Shown here piece after piece: positions 50,034 through 60,391 of a stretch of 64,000 bases of DNA. Source of the DNA: Candidatus Poribacteria bacterium (lineage in GTDB: Bacteria > Poribacteria > WGA-4E > WGA-3G); the NCBI GenBank assembly GCA_964291315.2, contig OZ219752.1, positions 128,001 to 192,000 of the forward strand, written 5' to 3'. The notes under the pieces were generated by a model. That model was not told the origin of the DNA. It saw only the letters and a list, made by a program, of their open reading frames with translations, and searched no databases. Position 1 is the stretch's first letter. Every line of letters begins with the position of its first letter. The translations under genes and the position numbers were made by a program.

Positions 50034-52559
50034 ATGATGTTTAAAAACATAAAAAGAACCAATCTTTTGGCGCATCGTGTGCAAGCCTCCCCCATTAAGA
50101 CATCCCTCCTCGTCTTAATTTTTGGACTATTTTCTCTTGTGTTCACAGCTATGGGCCAGGAATCGAATGTTGTTGCAGTGGCACAGAAACAGGTACGCAG
50201 CTGGTGGGCGAATTCGCAAGTTTACATCGGCGTTATCGTCCTCGTTTTTGTGATTAGCAGCCTCGGATATATCATCAGGCTCTTTCGGAAAGACAAACTC
50301 CTAAAGAAACTTTTGGACAAATACGTGGTTTTCCAGATGAAAGACGGCCAGCGGTACCGAGGGACGATGCGACTTGAATTCACTGGTATGGAAATTATCT
50401 CTGAGGAGTCAAGGCAGCGCGGGCATGCCCCGAGTTATATCTTCACCAATGAAGAACGTGAAGCAGGAATTGTTGCCTATATTCGTTATCTTGATTCAAT
50501 GAATGCAAGCGAATTGCGCGAACGTACCTGGGAACTTGAGCGTGTCTACCATCCCCCACTCTTCTGCAAGATCGGGCGAAAAATTCGGAACATGTTCATC
50601 GCTCTCAAAGAAGCGCTCGACGAAGCTATTAATATGGTGTGGAACAGTGTCAGGGGTGGTGCCAACAAACGACTGGCAAGGTACAGTAAAGCATATCAAT
50701 CCGCCGCGGGAGGCGACTTTGATAAAAGGCTCCAGGAATTGAAGGATGAATCCGCAGGTTATTTGGAGCAGGAAAGTTATGAACGCCTAATCGAACGGCT
50801 GGTTGGCACCCGGATCAAAGTCCGAGTCCGTTTTGGTGAGGATGATACGGAATATACGGCTATTCTCAAGGACTATAACAATAAGCATATCGCACTGATG
50901 AATGTCAAGGATGCGGATGGCAACGGTTACAAAGACGAATGGGAATACGAATGGAAATTTGAGAAAGATCTTAACAAACTTAACGTACGGGATGACCGAG
51001 GTCTGCGGTGTCGCGCTGAAGGGGATCTAATTATCTTTGAAAACAACACGCCATATTCCATCCAGCTTGGAAGTATCCATTTGTGGGACGGGGCACCGAA
51101 ATGGGGGACAGATTATAAATATAAACACCATATCCGTGCCTTTAGCGTTCAAGAACTACCGTTGGATATCGTCATTAATCGTAAAGTGAAACCTTTTGAT
51201 CGAGTATCAACTCGACACCGACATTCTATCAGCAATTACAAAAAAATATCTTTCAAATTTCGCTCCTTCCGTGATGCAGACATTGTGTTCCCACGACGTT
51301 ATTGCACGATCGTCGAAAGCGCTGAAAAATATCAACCTGAGCTTTTCAGTCTATCTGGCTTAACGGACGCTATTTTGGACATGCGTGACTCAGAAAACAT
51401 CGCTATTACGGATAAAGAGGGCGAACCGATCCACGGCATCAACGTTGTTCACGGGTACGTGACAAATATCAACGAAGAACGAATTGACTTGAGGTCTATT
51501 GATGCCAGTTACAGTCGACGGTGGGATGTCGAAAACGCTTTTCACCGCTTTGATAATATACTTCGCCCCGGATCTCCGGTCTATAGGAGACTTCTGCCTA
51601 TAAATCGAGGTCGAACTGCAGCATACCCCTCTATTGTCCAGCAGATACATAGTAATCCTATTCGGCACGCCGCACTAGCACCGCTCGCTTACCCACAGAG
51701 GCGCAATTTAAACACGGCTGTAAAGCGCACACGCACTTGGCATCGGATTTTGGTGTACATAGAGGCCACCGTCATTGGAAAGCTTTGGAAACCAGAAAAC
51801 CGGGGTATCAAAGTCTCTAATAATATCCGTTCGGAGGTACAAATCGCGATGCCCCTTAAACTCATGGCACTTACTGGAAATACATCTAAGGTGGAATTTC
51901 CTGTTATCGAACGTTTTGAATATATCCAGGGACACCATATAATTTGCAATCAGGTTCAGAATTTGCGTACCGACAAGCTCACAAGAACCGACATTTTGTG
52001 GATCGGCAATGGCGAAATCTACAAATCCGGCTATCGTCTGAATATCGATGCCGAACACAGGATTAAAAACTTTGTCGGCCAAGGCGGTATCGTCATCGTC
52101 TCCGGACAAGACATCAAAGCCAATGCGAAACAGCGCCGCGGTACCGGATGGATTCCAGAACCGCTTACCGGAATCGAATGCCAAGAAACCTACGAACTCT
52201 TTCCCACACGGCAAGGTAAACGTTCACGCATCTTCCAATCCCCGAACCCCCTGAACGGACACTCTCAAACAGATCACGATTTTATGGACCCGCCTTTTAT
52301 CCGATTGGACGACATGTGGTTAGATCCGCTCGGAAAGTGGATATCTCTTGCGAAAACGAATACGGCTGCCGCCGGCCTCCCGAGTAACGGTTTTGAAAAC
52401 GCCTCCCCACTGCTATTGCTTCCTTTCCAAAAAGGACTATACGTCGTCACGAGCCTGAAAAATGAGACAGAGGAAGATGTGCAGATTAACAACAAAATCA
52501 TGGAAAACTTGCTCCACTTCTCTGTTAAGTGGCTCGATCGACAACGCAAAACCCTTTAG
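50034..52559 (+). CDS. Hypothetical 841-aa membrane-anchored protein
   Basis: Long ORF with GAGGAG RBS and two N-terminal hydrophobic helices; possible Sm-like segments and a C-terminal GATase-like alpha/beta domain. Confidence 0.8.
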   Translation: MMFKNIKRTNLLAHRVQASPIKTSLLVLIFGLFSLVFTAMGQESNVVAVAQKQVRSWWANSQVYIGVIVLVFVISSLGYIIRLFRKDKLLKKLLDKYVVFQMKDGQRYRGTMRLEFTGMEIISEESRQRGHAPSYIFTNEEREAGIVAYIRYLDSMNASELRERTWELERVYHPPLFCKIGRKIRNMFIALKEALDEAINMVWNSVRGGANKRLARYSKAYQSAAGGDFDKRLQELKDESAGYLEQESYERLIERLVGTRIKVRVRFGEDDTEYTAILKDYNNKHIALMNVKDADGNGYKDEWEYEWKFEKDLNKLNVRDDRGLRCRAEGDLIIFENNTPYSIQLGSIHLWDGAPKWGTDYKYKHHIRAFSVQELPLDIVINRKVKPFDRVSTRHRHSISNYKKISFKFRSFRDADIVFPRRYCTIVESAEKYQPELFSLSGLTDAILDMRDSENIAITDKEGEPIHGINVVHGYVTNINEERIDLRSIDASYSRRWDVENAFHRFDNILRPGSPVYRRLLPINRGRTAAYPSIVQQIHSNPIRHAALAPLAYPQRRNLNTAVKRTRTWHRILVYIEATVIGKLWKPENRGIKVSNNIRSEVQIAMPLKLMALTGNTSKVEFPVIERFEYIQGHHIICNQVQNLRTDKLTRTDILWIGNGEIYKSGYRLNIDAEHRIKNFVGQGGIVIVSGQDIKANAKQRRGTGWIPEPLTGIECQETYELFPTRQGKRSRIFQSPNPLNGHSQTDHDFMDPPFIRLDDMWLDPLGKWISLAKTNTAAAGLPSNGFENASPLLLLPFQKGLYVVTSLKNETEEDVQINNKIMENLLHFSVKWLDRQRKTL

Positions 52560-52614
52560 GTTGTTTGTAGGAAGAATTTCGGAACCCCGCCCACAGACTC
52601 CTGCTAGCCAATCC

Positions 52615-53727
52615 TTACGATTCGCGAATACTCGCCGATAATACATTAGTGAGTTTTTCATCTCCTTGAGCAATGACTAGAACAATCTCTAAAACAAATA
52701 TCGGAAACCTCCGGTGTCCTACAAGCTGCATCAATTTCTGTTCGTCTTTCTGTGTGGTGACGATCATATCCGCCTTCGATGCCCAGAACGCAGCATATAT
52801 CCGCCGCCCATCTTTTTCGGTATAAGTGTGATGATCAGGAAATGCCAATAACTCAACGTTTTCTGCGGAACACCGCCTCAGGGTCGTTTCGAAACTCGCT
52901 GGGTTTCCAATTCCACAAACTGCTAGGAGCCGTTTCCCTTTAAGTCTTTTTATATTATTTTGGTTGTCTCTATCTTTAGAGACTAGTGAATAGAGACGGG
53001 TTGGTTGATGAACACTTTCCAGAATCAATGCGTTTGGAGCCAATCGTTCCACTGTCTCTGTGGCAGACACTGATAAGTTAGGTGTGTTGGTATGTGTCAG
53101 TAGGATAATATTTGCACGTCGAAGAGCAGACGGGGGCTCACGGAGCGTTCCCGCCGGTAGTAGTTTCGGTGGATCTCCGAAGAGATCTGTTGCAGAAAGG
53201 GTAAGGATATCGATATCGCGAGCAAGCTGGCGGTGTTGATACCCATCGTCCAAGAGCAGGACATCCACGCCAAAACGCTCAAGAGCAACCTGTCCAGCTA
53301 GATAGCGTCGTCTACCTACAAGAACCGGTATGCCTTTAAGCTGTTTCGCGATCATGTACGCTTCGTCCCCGCCTTCCCTTGGAGAAGCGAGCATTCCTCT
53401 GGCATCCGAAACAATGGTTACCTTTGCACGAGCCTTACGTTTGTAGCCACGGAGCAAAATAGCAAAACGGATACCTTTTTCTTGAAGATGCTTAGCAATA
53501 GCAATAACAGCAGGCGTTTTTCCTGTCCCACCAACAGTAATATTGCCTACACTGATAACAGTACACGGGAGTCTTTGTACCCTAAACACACTCAATGCAT
53601 AGAGCCGATTTCGTATCCAGATGCCCAAAGCGTAGAGCCAGCTGAGCGGAATCAACAGAATGTGTAAACGGGTGGAGAGAAGTTTTTGATGTAGCGAAGC
53701 GAGGTCATGGTAAAGTGCAAATTTCAT
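52615..53727 (-). CDS. lpxK: Tetraacyldisaccharide 4'-kinase
   Basis: 'VISVGNITVGGTGKTP', 'RGY', 'GDE', 'DDGYQH', 'LPAG.LRE', 'FPDHH', 'TQKD'. Confidence 0.96.
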   Translation of the reverse strand: MKFALYHDLASLHQKLLSTRLHILLIPLSWLYALGIWIRNRLYALSVFRVQRLPCTVISVGNITVGGTGKTPAVIAIAKHLQEKGIRFAILLRGYKRKARAKVTIVSDARGMLASPREGGDEAYMIAKQLKGIPVLVGRRRYLAGQVALERFGVDVLLLDDGYQHRQLARDIDILTLSATDLFGDPPKLLPAGTLREPPSALRRANIILLTHTNTPNLSVSATETVERLAPNALILESVHQPTRLYSLVSKDRDNQNNIKRLKGKRLLAVCGIGNPASFETTLRRCSAENVELLAFPDHHTYTEKDGRRIYAAFWASKADMIVTTQKDEQKLMQLVGHRRFPIFVLEIVLVIAQGDEKLTNVLSASIRES

Positions 53728-54896
53728 CTGACTTGTTCCAAAACCAACTTAGCAGTACGTTCAGCAGCCCCGGCTGTGCCGAGTTGAGCATAAACTGCTT
53801 GAAGCGCTTGCCGTTGTGTTTCTCGTTTCTCAGGATTCTCTAAGAAGTCCAGAACCAAATCTGTTAGAGCTGTCGGTGTCAAAGCTGTCTGTAGCAGCTC
53901 AGGAACAATATCGTGCCCAGCGATAAGATTCGGCAGTCCACTCCGATTCAGAGAAGACAGAGACCTGATAATATTCCAATTGAGTGCTGACGTGCGGAAG
54001 AGGATAATCATTGGTGTCCCGATACATGTTGCTTCAAGCGTAGCTGTGCCAGAGGTAACCAGTATCAGGGTCGATGCTCGCATCATCGGGTAGGCAGACT
54101 TCTCCACAATTTTTATGGGCGGCACCTCAATGTCTACCAACACCTGCTGACATTTTGAGATGAGATCAGTTGAAATTCCTGGAGCTAAAGCGAGGATCCA
54201 TTGTACATTTGGATAGACTTTGGTAACGTCCGCAGCAGATCTCAGCATTACTGGCAAAATATGCTGAATCTCTGAACGGCGGCTCCCTGGCATCAACCCA
54301 ATAACATGGGCATTTTGGGCGTGCTCAGCTTTATCTAAATTGAGTTGTGCCCGCGCTTCGTGTATAGTGAGAGGGGTTTGTGCAAAATCGACAAGCGGAT
54401 GCCCGACGAATTCGGCATTAGCACCGGCGTTTCGGTAAAATTCCGCCTCAAAGGGAAAAATCGCAGCAACAATGTTAGCCCACTTCGCTAACTTCCGTGC
54501 CCGACCAGTACGCCACGCCCATGCCTTTGGAGGGATATAGTAGACGACCGGAACCCCTCGGCTCCGAGCGAACTTGGCCAACGGCATGTTGAACTCGGCA
54601 AAATCAACGAGGAGAAGCACATCCGGATGCTCCTCACAGATACGGCGTTTTAGATGCGCCTGTTTCTGAAGAAATATCGGTAGGACAGTAATGACATCAG
54701 CGAACCCCATGACGGCAGAATCCCGGATGTGGAAATCCAGTTTCACCGATGCCCTCTCCATTTCGTCGCCGCCCATACCAAAGAAAGTTATATTTGGATA
54801 AAGTGCCTTAAGCCGATCGACAACATGAGAGGCGTGCAGGTCCCCAGAAGGTTCTCCAGCAACAATCATAATTTTTAAACTATTCAATCTAGTCAC
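53724..54896 (-). CDS. lpxB: Lipid-A-disaccharide synthase
   Basis: 'VAGEPSGDLH', 'WAWR', 'IFPFE', 'FVGHPL', 'MPGSR.SE', 'SGTATLE'; ATGA overlap with lpxK. Confidence 0.96.
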   Translation of the reverse strand: MTRLNSLKIMIVAGEPSGDLHASHVVDRLKALYPNITFFGMGGDEMERASVKLDFHIRDSAVMGFADVITVLPIFLQKQAHLKRRICEEHPDVLLLVDFAEFNMPLAKFARSRGVPVVYYIPPKAWAWRTGRARKLAKWANIVAAIFPFEAEFYRNAGANAEFVGHPLVDFAQTPLTIHEARAQLNLDKAEHAQNAHVIGLMPGSRRSEIQHILPVMLRSAADVTKVYPNVQWILALAPGISTDLISKCQQVLVDIEVPPIKIVEKSAYPMMRASTLILVTSGTATLEATCIGTPMIILFRTSALNWNIIRSLSSLNRSGLPNLIAGHDIVPELLQTALTPTALTDLVLDFLENPEKRETQRQALQAVYAQLGTAGAAERTAKLVLEQVR

Positions 54897-55058
54897 CGTC
54901 CCACGCTATTTGGTGGTGGACTCGCCGATGAGCGATCTGCTTCACGGTGGTTTTCGGTGAGGTACAACAGTCTCTCAATGATGAAAAAGGTTCTAAAAAT
55001 TAGAATCTATATTCTCATTACGAGGCAAACTGAAGGTTTTCGATAGCTGATAGCCATT

Positions 55059-56102
55059 CTAGGGCATCATCCCCGGCATTTTCAGCCCGTCAGTTTCTTT
55101 GAAACCGAACATCAGATTGAGGTTCTGTACAACGGCTCCTGCGGCACCTTTACCGAGATTATCAATTGCTGCCATAGCGACGATGCGGCGGGTCCGCGTG
55201 TCCACTTCAAGGCCAACATCGCAATAGTTACTACCAAGGACGGCTTTCGTTTCCGGGTATCTGCCGGGCGGAAGCACACGAATAAATGGCTCGTTTTCGT
55301 AAAAATCGGAATAGATAGCAAGAGCTTCTTCGGTGGACATTTCTTGCGTAAGACGCATGTAGACAGTACTGAGAATGCCGCGTGTCATCGGAACAAGGTG
55401 TGGCGTAAACGTTATACGAACTGTTCCGGATGCTGCAACCGTCAATTCTTGTTCAATCTCCGGCGTATGCCGATGGACACCAATATTGTAAGCTACAAAG
55501 TTAGACTCTCGATTCGGATAGTGTGTATTTTGGCTCGGCTTCGGACCGGCCCCGGAAATCCCTGATTTCGAGTCAACGATGATAGAATCTAACTCCACGA
55601 CACCTTGAGTGACAAAAGGCATCGCTGCGAGTATAGCACTCGTTGGGTAACACCCAGGGTTCGCGACGAGTTGTGCAGAACGAATACAGTCACGATACCG
55701 TTCTGGTAACCCATAAACAGCCCGTGCTATCAGCTTTGTACTTGTATGTTTCACACGATACCAATTCTCATAGCTATCAGCATCCTTAAGTCGGTAGTCG
55801 GCACTAAAATCCACAACACGCAAGCCTTGTTCCAGAATTTGCGGTACAAACGACATGGCAACCTTGTGTGGAACAGCGAGAACAACGACATCCGCTCTCT
55901 CTTTGAGAGAGCTAATGTCTAAGGCTTCAAATTTAGCAGATAGAAACCCGCGGAGGTTAGGTAGAACACTATCAATACACTGGCCAGCGTAGGTCTCAGA
56001 CGTGCAGAGTGCTACCTGCAGTTCTCCAGGATGGCTGACAAGAAATCGCAGTAATTCACTGCCACTATACCCTGAGGCACCAACAATTCCAATTTTTACC
56101 AT
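55059..56102 (-). CDS. argC: N-acetyl-gamma-glutamyl-phosphate reductase
   Basis: 'GASGYSG.EL', 'DFSADYR', 'ANPGCYPT', 'SGISGAG', 'HRHTPEI', 'DNLGKGAAG'. Confidence 0.97.
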   Translation of the reverse strand: MVKIGIVGASGYSGSELLRFLVSHPGELQVALCTSETYAGQCIDSVLPNLRGFLSAKFEALDISSLKERADVVVLAVPHKVAMSFVPQILEQGLRVVDFSADYRLKDADSYENWYRVKHTSTKLIARAVYGLPERYRDCIRSAQLVANPGCYPTSAILAAMPFVTQGVVELDSIIVDSKSGISGAGPKPSQNTHYPNRESNFVAYNIGVHRHTPEIEQELTVAASGTVRITFTPHLVPMTRGILSTVYMRLTQEMSTEEALAIYSDFYENEPFIRVLPPGRYPETKAVLGSNYCDVGLEVDTRTRRIVAMAAIDNLGKGAAGAVVQNLNLMFGFKETDGLKMPGMMP

Positions 56103-56375
56103 TTACATCTTACCACGTGTCTTTTACGAAGGTGTTAATTTTGTATAAAATTTTACAACATTTTAAGCGAAAAGTCAAGTGATATTGTGGCTGTCGGCAC
56201 CCGGTGAAATCTCATAGCAGCGAAGTGGCTCGTTCTACAAACCGAGATTGATTGCCGAAAGAATTATGTAGCAACTCATGTTGACCACTGAGACTGATCT
56301 CACCGAAATGCAACATCACCTACGTTCAGAAGCTTGTAGCAACCTATACTAACCGTTCATAACTGTTAAAATCAA

Positions 56376-56404
56376 TTGACATAGTGTCTCATGCACGATA
56401 AAAT
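56376..56404 (+). promoter_or_regulatory. Putative sigma70 promoter
   Basis: TTGACA-17 bp-TAAAAT upstream of the FAH gene. Confidence 0.6.
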
Positions 56405-56456
56405 ACAAGAAGTTTCGGCTTATAAACAACTCCGGAAAATCCAAAAGGAGATCATT

Positions 56457-57209
56457 ATGAAATTTGCGCGATATGAATTAAATGGCAGAGTCGGTTACGG
56501 CATCGTTTCAGGAGAAAATATGAGCGTCCTCTCGGGATGCCCATTTGGTGAATACAATGAAACGGGTGAGACCGTCGCATTGGCAGATGTCAGACTCCTC
56601 GCGCCGACAACACCGACAAAGGTATTAGCCGTGGGTCTGAATTATCGGAGTCACTTAGGTGGGGATCCGGAACCTCAAAACCCTGAAATCTTCATCAAAA
56701 CCCCATCTTGTATCAACAACCCAGGCGGCAATATTGAACTCCCGGACGGTGATAATGAAGTCCACGCCGAAGGCGAGCTTGTCGTTATTATGAAGAAACA
56801 GACTCGAAAAGCGACACCAGAAGAAGCATCTGCAAATATATTAGGTGTGACATGCGGCAACGATGTGAGTGCACGCACCTGGCAAAGCAATGATTTACAG
56901 TGGTGGCGTGCTAAGGCATCTGATACCTTTGGACCCATAGGCCCCTTCATCGCTACCGATGTTGACTACACCGATGCACAATTGGAAACTCGTATTAACA
57001 GCGACGTTGTCCAGAAGCAGACCACAGCCGACCTTATCTTTCCGGTAACGACCGTTGTGAGCTTCATTTCACAGGCAGTAACACTGGAACCGGGAGATGC
57101 GATTTTTACAGGGACGCCCGGCACAACAACCGCGCTGAAAGCTGGGGATGTTGTTGAAATCGAAATTCAAGGCATTGGGGTTCTGAGAAATCACGTCGTT
57201 GCAGAGTGA
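56457..57209 (+). CDS. Fumarylacetoacetate hydrolase family protein
   Basis: AAGGAG RBS; 'VGLNY', 'EGEL', 'NDVSAR', 'KASDTFGPIGP', 'TGTPG'. Confidence 0.93.
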   Translation: MKFARYELNGRVGYGIVSGENMSVLSGCPFGEYNETGETVALADVRLLAPTTPTKVLAVGLNYRSHLGGDPEPQNPEIFIKTPSCINNPGGNIELPDGDNEVHAEGELVVIMKKQTRKATPEEASANILGVTCGNDVSARTWQSNDLQWWRAKASDTFGPIGPFIATDVDYTDAQLETRINSDVVQKQTTADLIFPVTTVVSFISQAVTLEPGDAIFTGTPGTTTALKAGDVVEIEIQGIGVLRNHVVAE

Positions 57210-57318
57210 TCCTGTCGCTATTGAGTTTTCTAATCTTTCATCTGTTGACATTAAAAGCGCCAAAATTGCCTTTATAACCAAGGGTGAAGCCTAGATTTAA
57301 AACCTACTTTGACTTGTT

Positions 57319-57350
57319 GTACAGGCGAGGTCTCCTAACCTCGCTTGTAT
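57319..57350. repeat. REP-like palindrome / hairpin
   Basis: GTACAGGCGAGGT-ctccta-ACCTCGCTTGTAT; 12-13 bp stem, no U tract. Confidence 0.5.
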
Positions 57351-57370
57351 CCACGGATTGAGGACACATC

Positions 57371-58648
57371 ATGCCAACCTACATTGCCTGCGGTGGAAAA
57401 GACAGCGTTATCACGTCCGAAGAGAAGCTCGCCTTGCTCCACAAGGCTCTTCTCAAATTAGGCGGTATTCCGAAAAAAATGTTGATAATTCCCCCCGATA
57501 TAACACGTCTCCACTCAAACGCCGGCGAACTCACCCAAATTCTCTACAAGCTGTGGAATGCTGCAAATGGCACAACTTTCGATATCCTCCCTGCTATCGG
57601 TACACACGCGCCAATGACCGAAGAACAAATTGCCGAAATGTATGGTAATTTGCCCAAGGCAACCTACCACGTTCACAATTGGCGCACTGGATTGTACGAT
57701 TTGGGTGAAATTCCATCCGAGTTCGTGGAGGAGGTCTCAAGCGGCAAACTCGATTACAGCATACCTGTTGCCGTAAATCGCCGCCTTGTAGAGGGAAACT
57801 ACGAACTCATTGTTTCTGTCGGACAAGTAATCCCACACGAAGTGATTGGCATTGCCAACGGATTTAAAAACATTCTTGTTGGGGTGGGTGGGGTTGACAT
57901 GATTAACAAATCGCATTTCCTTGGTGCCGTAGACGGTATGGAACGCTTGATGGGACGGACGGATACTTCTGTCAGGAAAGTGCTCAACTATGCCCATGCC
58001 TGCTATCTGAAGCGGCTCGGAATTTTGTACATTATGAGTGTTATGGACGCGGATACCACTGGCAAACGTGTGATGCGTGGACTTTACATCGGTGACGATG
58101 AACAAACTTTTGAAACTGCCGCAGAATTAAGCAGATCTGTTAACATGACCTTTCTAGATACGCCTTTAGAAAAGGGAGTTGTCTACTTGGATCCGAGAGA
58201 ATTTAAAAGTACATGGCTCGGCAACAAAGCAATCTACCGCACACGAATGGCGATGGCAGACGACAGTGAATTAATTATCATCGCGCCGGGGTTACATGAA
58301 TTCGGCGAGGATGCCGAAATCGACAGGCTGATCCGAAAGTATGGCTATCGCGGCACCCAGGCAACGCTCAACTCCGTTTTAGAAAACCGTGAGTTGCAAG
58401 AAAACCTTTCTGCCGCCGCCCACCTAATTCACGGCAGCACCGAAGGACGCTTCAAAGTTACATACGCCACAAAGCACCTCACTCAGATGGAGATTGAATC
58501 GGTAGGCTACCAGTGGGCACCGATAAACGAAACGCTTTCCCAATACAATCCAGAAAAACTTGTTGATGGCTTCAACGAGGGCGGCTTCTTTTACATCAGC
58601 GAGCCTGGACAAGGGTTATGGGCATTGCGGTCTCGGTTTAGTGAGTAG
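57371..58648 (+). CDS. LarA / DUF2088 family (nickel-pincer nucleotide-dependent) racemase/epimerase
   Basis: 'PPDITRLHS', 'AIGTHAPM', 'VHNWR', 'PHEVIG.A.G.KN', 'KSTWLGNKAIYRTR'. Confidence 0.82.
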   Translation: MPTYIACGGKDSVITSEEKLALLHKALLKLGGIPKKMLIIPPDITRLHSNAGELTQILYKLWNAANGTTFDILPAIGTHAPMTEEQIAEMYGNLPKATYHVHNWRTGLYDLGEIPSEFVEEVSSGKLDYSIPVAVNRRLVEGNYELIVSVGQVIPHEVIGIANGFKNILVGVGGVDMINKSHFLGAVDGMERLMGRTDTSVRKVLNYAHACYLKRLGILYIMSVMDADTTGKRVMRGLYIGDDEQTFETAAELSRSVNMTFLDTPLEKGVVYLDPREFKSTWLGNKAIYRTRMAMADDSELIIIAPGLHEFGEDAEIDRLIRKYGYRGTQATLNSVLENRELQENLSAAAHLIHGSTEGRFKVTYATKHLTQMEIESVGYQWAPINETLSQYNPEKLVDGFNEGGFFYISEPGQGLWALRSRFSE

Positions 58649-58797
58649 TTAAATTTTGGGAGCAGGACAGAGAGTGGTTTACAATCGTTGAAGATTATCG
58701 ACGGAAAACATACCCATGATTATATCGCCTGCCCGTTTGATTTTGACGATTTAATTAAATTTATCCATACACATGAATCTCAAGGCGCGCTCCGATG

Positions 58798-59520
58798 TCA
58801 TCGAGCGTTTGAACGTTTGTAGGGGCTAAGCAATTCCGGTAATTCTGAAAGGCTCTGGATCGTCTCGCTCCATTTGCCGGTTTGCGTTCCATCCCGGTCG
58901 AGTAATATGGGACGAATCCCGACATTCTTTGCCCCGACGATATCTGCTGCGTAGGTATCTCCGACATGCACTGTTTCCTCTGCCGAAACTCCGACTGCTG
59001 CAAGTGTGTACATAAAAATATGTGGGTCCGGCTTCGCTGATCTGACGCGTACATCGTGTGAAGCGACAATAGCATCAAAATAATCGGAGATGCCTAATCT
59101 TTCGGTAAGCGGATCCAAGGGCGTATCCCAATTGGAAACTATCGCTAATTTGAAGCCTGCACTCCGTAAATGCTGAAGGGTCGGCATAACATCGTCGTAG
59201 AGTGTCGCAGCATTCGCTGCAAAGAGCGAGTGTTCAGATTGCAACAATTCCCACGCAATCTGTTCTACATGTTCTTGAACGCCAAGTTGCTTTATAAATT
59301 CGCAGTAACTCTCAACAATTTCTTGCATTGTTCCAAGAAGAGAGTGCTCGATAGGATCGGAGCCTGATGCTTCTGCATAAAGGTTCGCATGTGCTTTTAT
59401 GTAACGTTTAGGGTCAATGTCAAGCCCATAGCGTCCTGCAATCTTTTGGAGTCTTAGTTCCAGCGACTGCTCCCAAACACACAAGGTAAAATAAAAATCA
59501 AAGAAAACCGCTTTTGTCAT
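58798..59520 (-). CDS. HAD family hydrolase
   Basis: 'VFFDFYFTL', 'IVSNWD', 'KPDPHIF', 'HVGD.Y.AD..GA'. Confidence 0.9.
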   Translation of the reverse strand: MTKAVFFDFYFTLCVWEQSLELRLQKIAGRYGLDIDPKRYIKAHANLYAEASGSDPIEHSLLGTMQEIVESYCEFIKQLGVQEHVEQIAWELLQSEHSLFAANAATLYDDVMPTLQHLRSAGFKLAIVSNWDTPLDPLTERLGISDYFDAIVASHDVRVRSAKPDPHIFMYTLAAVGVSAEETVHVGDTYAADIVGAKNVGIRPILLDRDGTQTGKWSETIQSLSELPELLSPYKRSNAR

Positions 59521-59540
59521 TTGTTATGTAGCGCGAGCTG

Positions 59541-60245
59541 TTAGTTTGCCTCTTTCTGCCTATAATAGAAAGTCGGATCTGGGATACCAGCCTCTTTAAA
59601 GCCTTTTTTTCTGAGCAGGCAGCTGTCACACGCACCACATGCTCTACCTTCAGTATCTGGATCGTAGCAGCTCAAGGTAAGGGCATAATCGACACCGAGT
59701 GCTGCGCCAATTTGAATGATCTCCGCCTTCGTTTTATCTATAAGTGGAGCGCGGATTTTTAACTTTGTTTTGCCTTCAACACCTGCTCTTGTCGCGAGAT
59801 TTGCCATCGTTTGATAGGCATCTATATATTCAGGACGACAATCTGGGTAACCGCTGTAATCAATAACATTTGTTCCAATAAAGATTGTATCAGCAACGAG
59901 AACTTCAGCCCAAGCGAGCGCGTAGGAGAGAAAAATTGTGTTTCGGGCGGGAACGTAAGTGATGGGGATGCCATTTCCCATGTCTGCATCAGATCTGTTC
60001 TTTGGAACTTCAATATCTGTTGTCAGTGCCGATCCTCCAAAATGACGCAGGTTGACATCAAAGATGTTATGCTGCTTCACATCTAATGTCATAGCGATGT
60101 TTTTCGCGCATTGAAGTTCCGCCGTCTGCCGTTGACCGTAGCGAAAACTCATTGCATAAGTGTCATAACCCTCATCGCGAGCGATAGCGAGCACTGTTGT
60201 TGAATCCAAGCCGCCACTGAGCAAGACAACCGCTTTTTTTAACAC
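59541..60245 (-). CDS. queC: 7-cyano-7-deazaguanine synthase
   Basis: '[10 protein letters not shown]', 'TYVPARN', 'YPDCRPE', 'SCY...CGACDSC'. Confidence 0.97.
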   Translation of the reverse strand: MLKKAVVLLSGGLDSTTVLAIARDEGYDTYAMSFRYGQRQTAELQCAKNIAMTLDVKQHNIFDVNLRHFGGSALTTDIEVPKNRSDADMGNGIPITYVPARNTIFLSYALAWAEVLVADTIFIGTNVIDYSGYPDCRPEYIDAYQTMANLATRAGVEGKTKLKIRAPLIDKTKAEIIQIGAALGVDYALTLSCYDPDTEGRACGACDSCLLRKKGFKEAGIPDPTFYYRQKEAN

Positions 60246-60278
60246 CGACTTCCTTTCTAAAAGGACTAGAGCAAAAAA

Positions 60279-60360
60279 CTGGAAGATTGGAATGGAAGGT
60301 TAGGCGTTTTCCGATGCTTCCTACCTTCCATGCCTCCTAGTTCATTGCCATTCTTTCAAT
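60279..60360. repeat. GGAAG/CTTCC-rich imperfect palindromic intergenic element
   Basis: GGAAGATTGGAATGGAAGGTTAGG followed by CTTCCTACCTTCCA...CCATTCTTTCAATC. Confidence 0.45.
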
Positions 60361-60391
60361 CATTAGCCTTCGGTGACAGGGCAAAACCTAC

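Noticed and set aside
60246-60391. preQ1 riboswitch upstream of queC
   Set aside because: No preQ1 stem-loop plus A-rich tail consensus is visible; the region is a GGAAG/CTTCC palindromic element.
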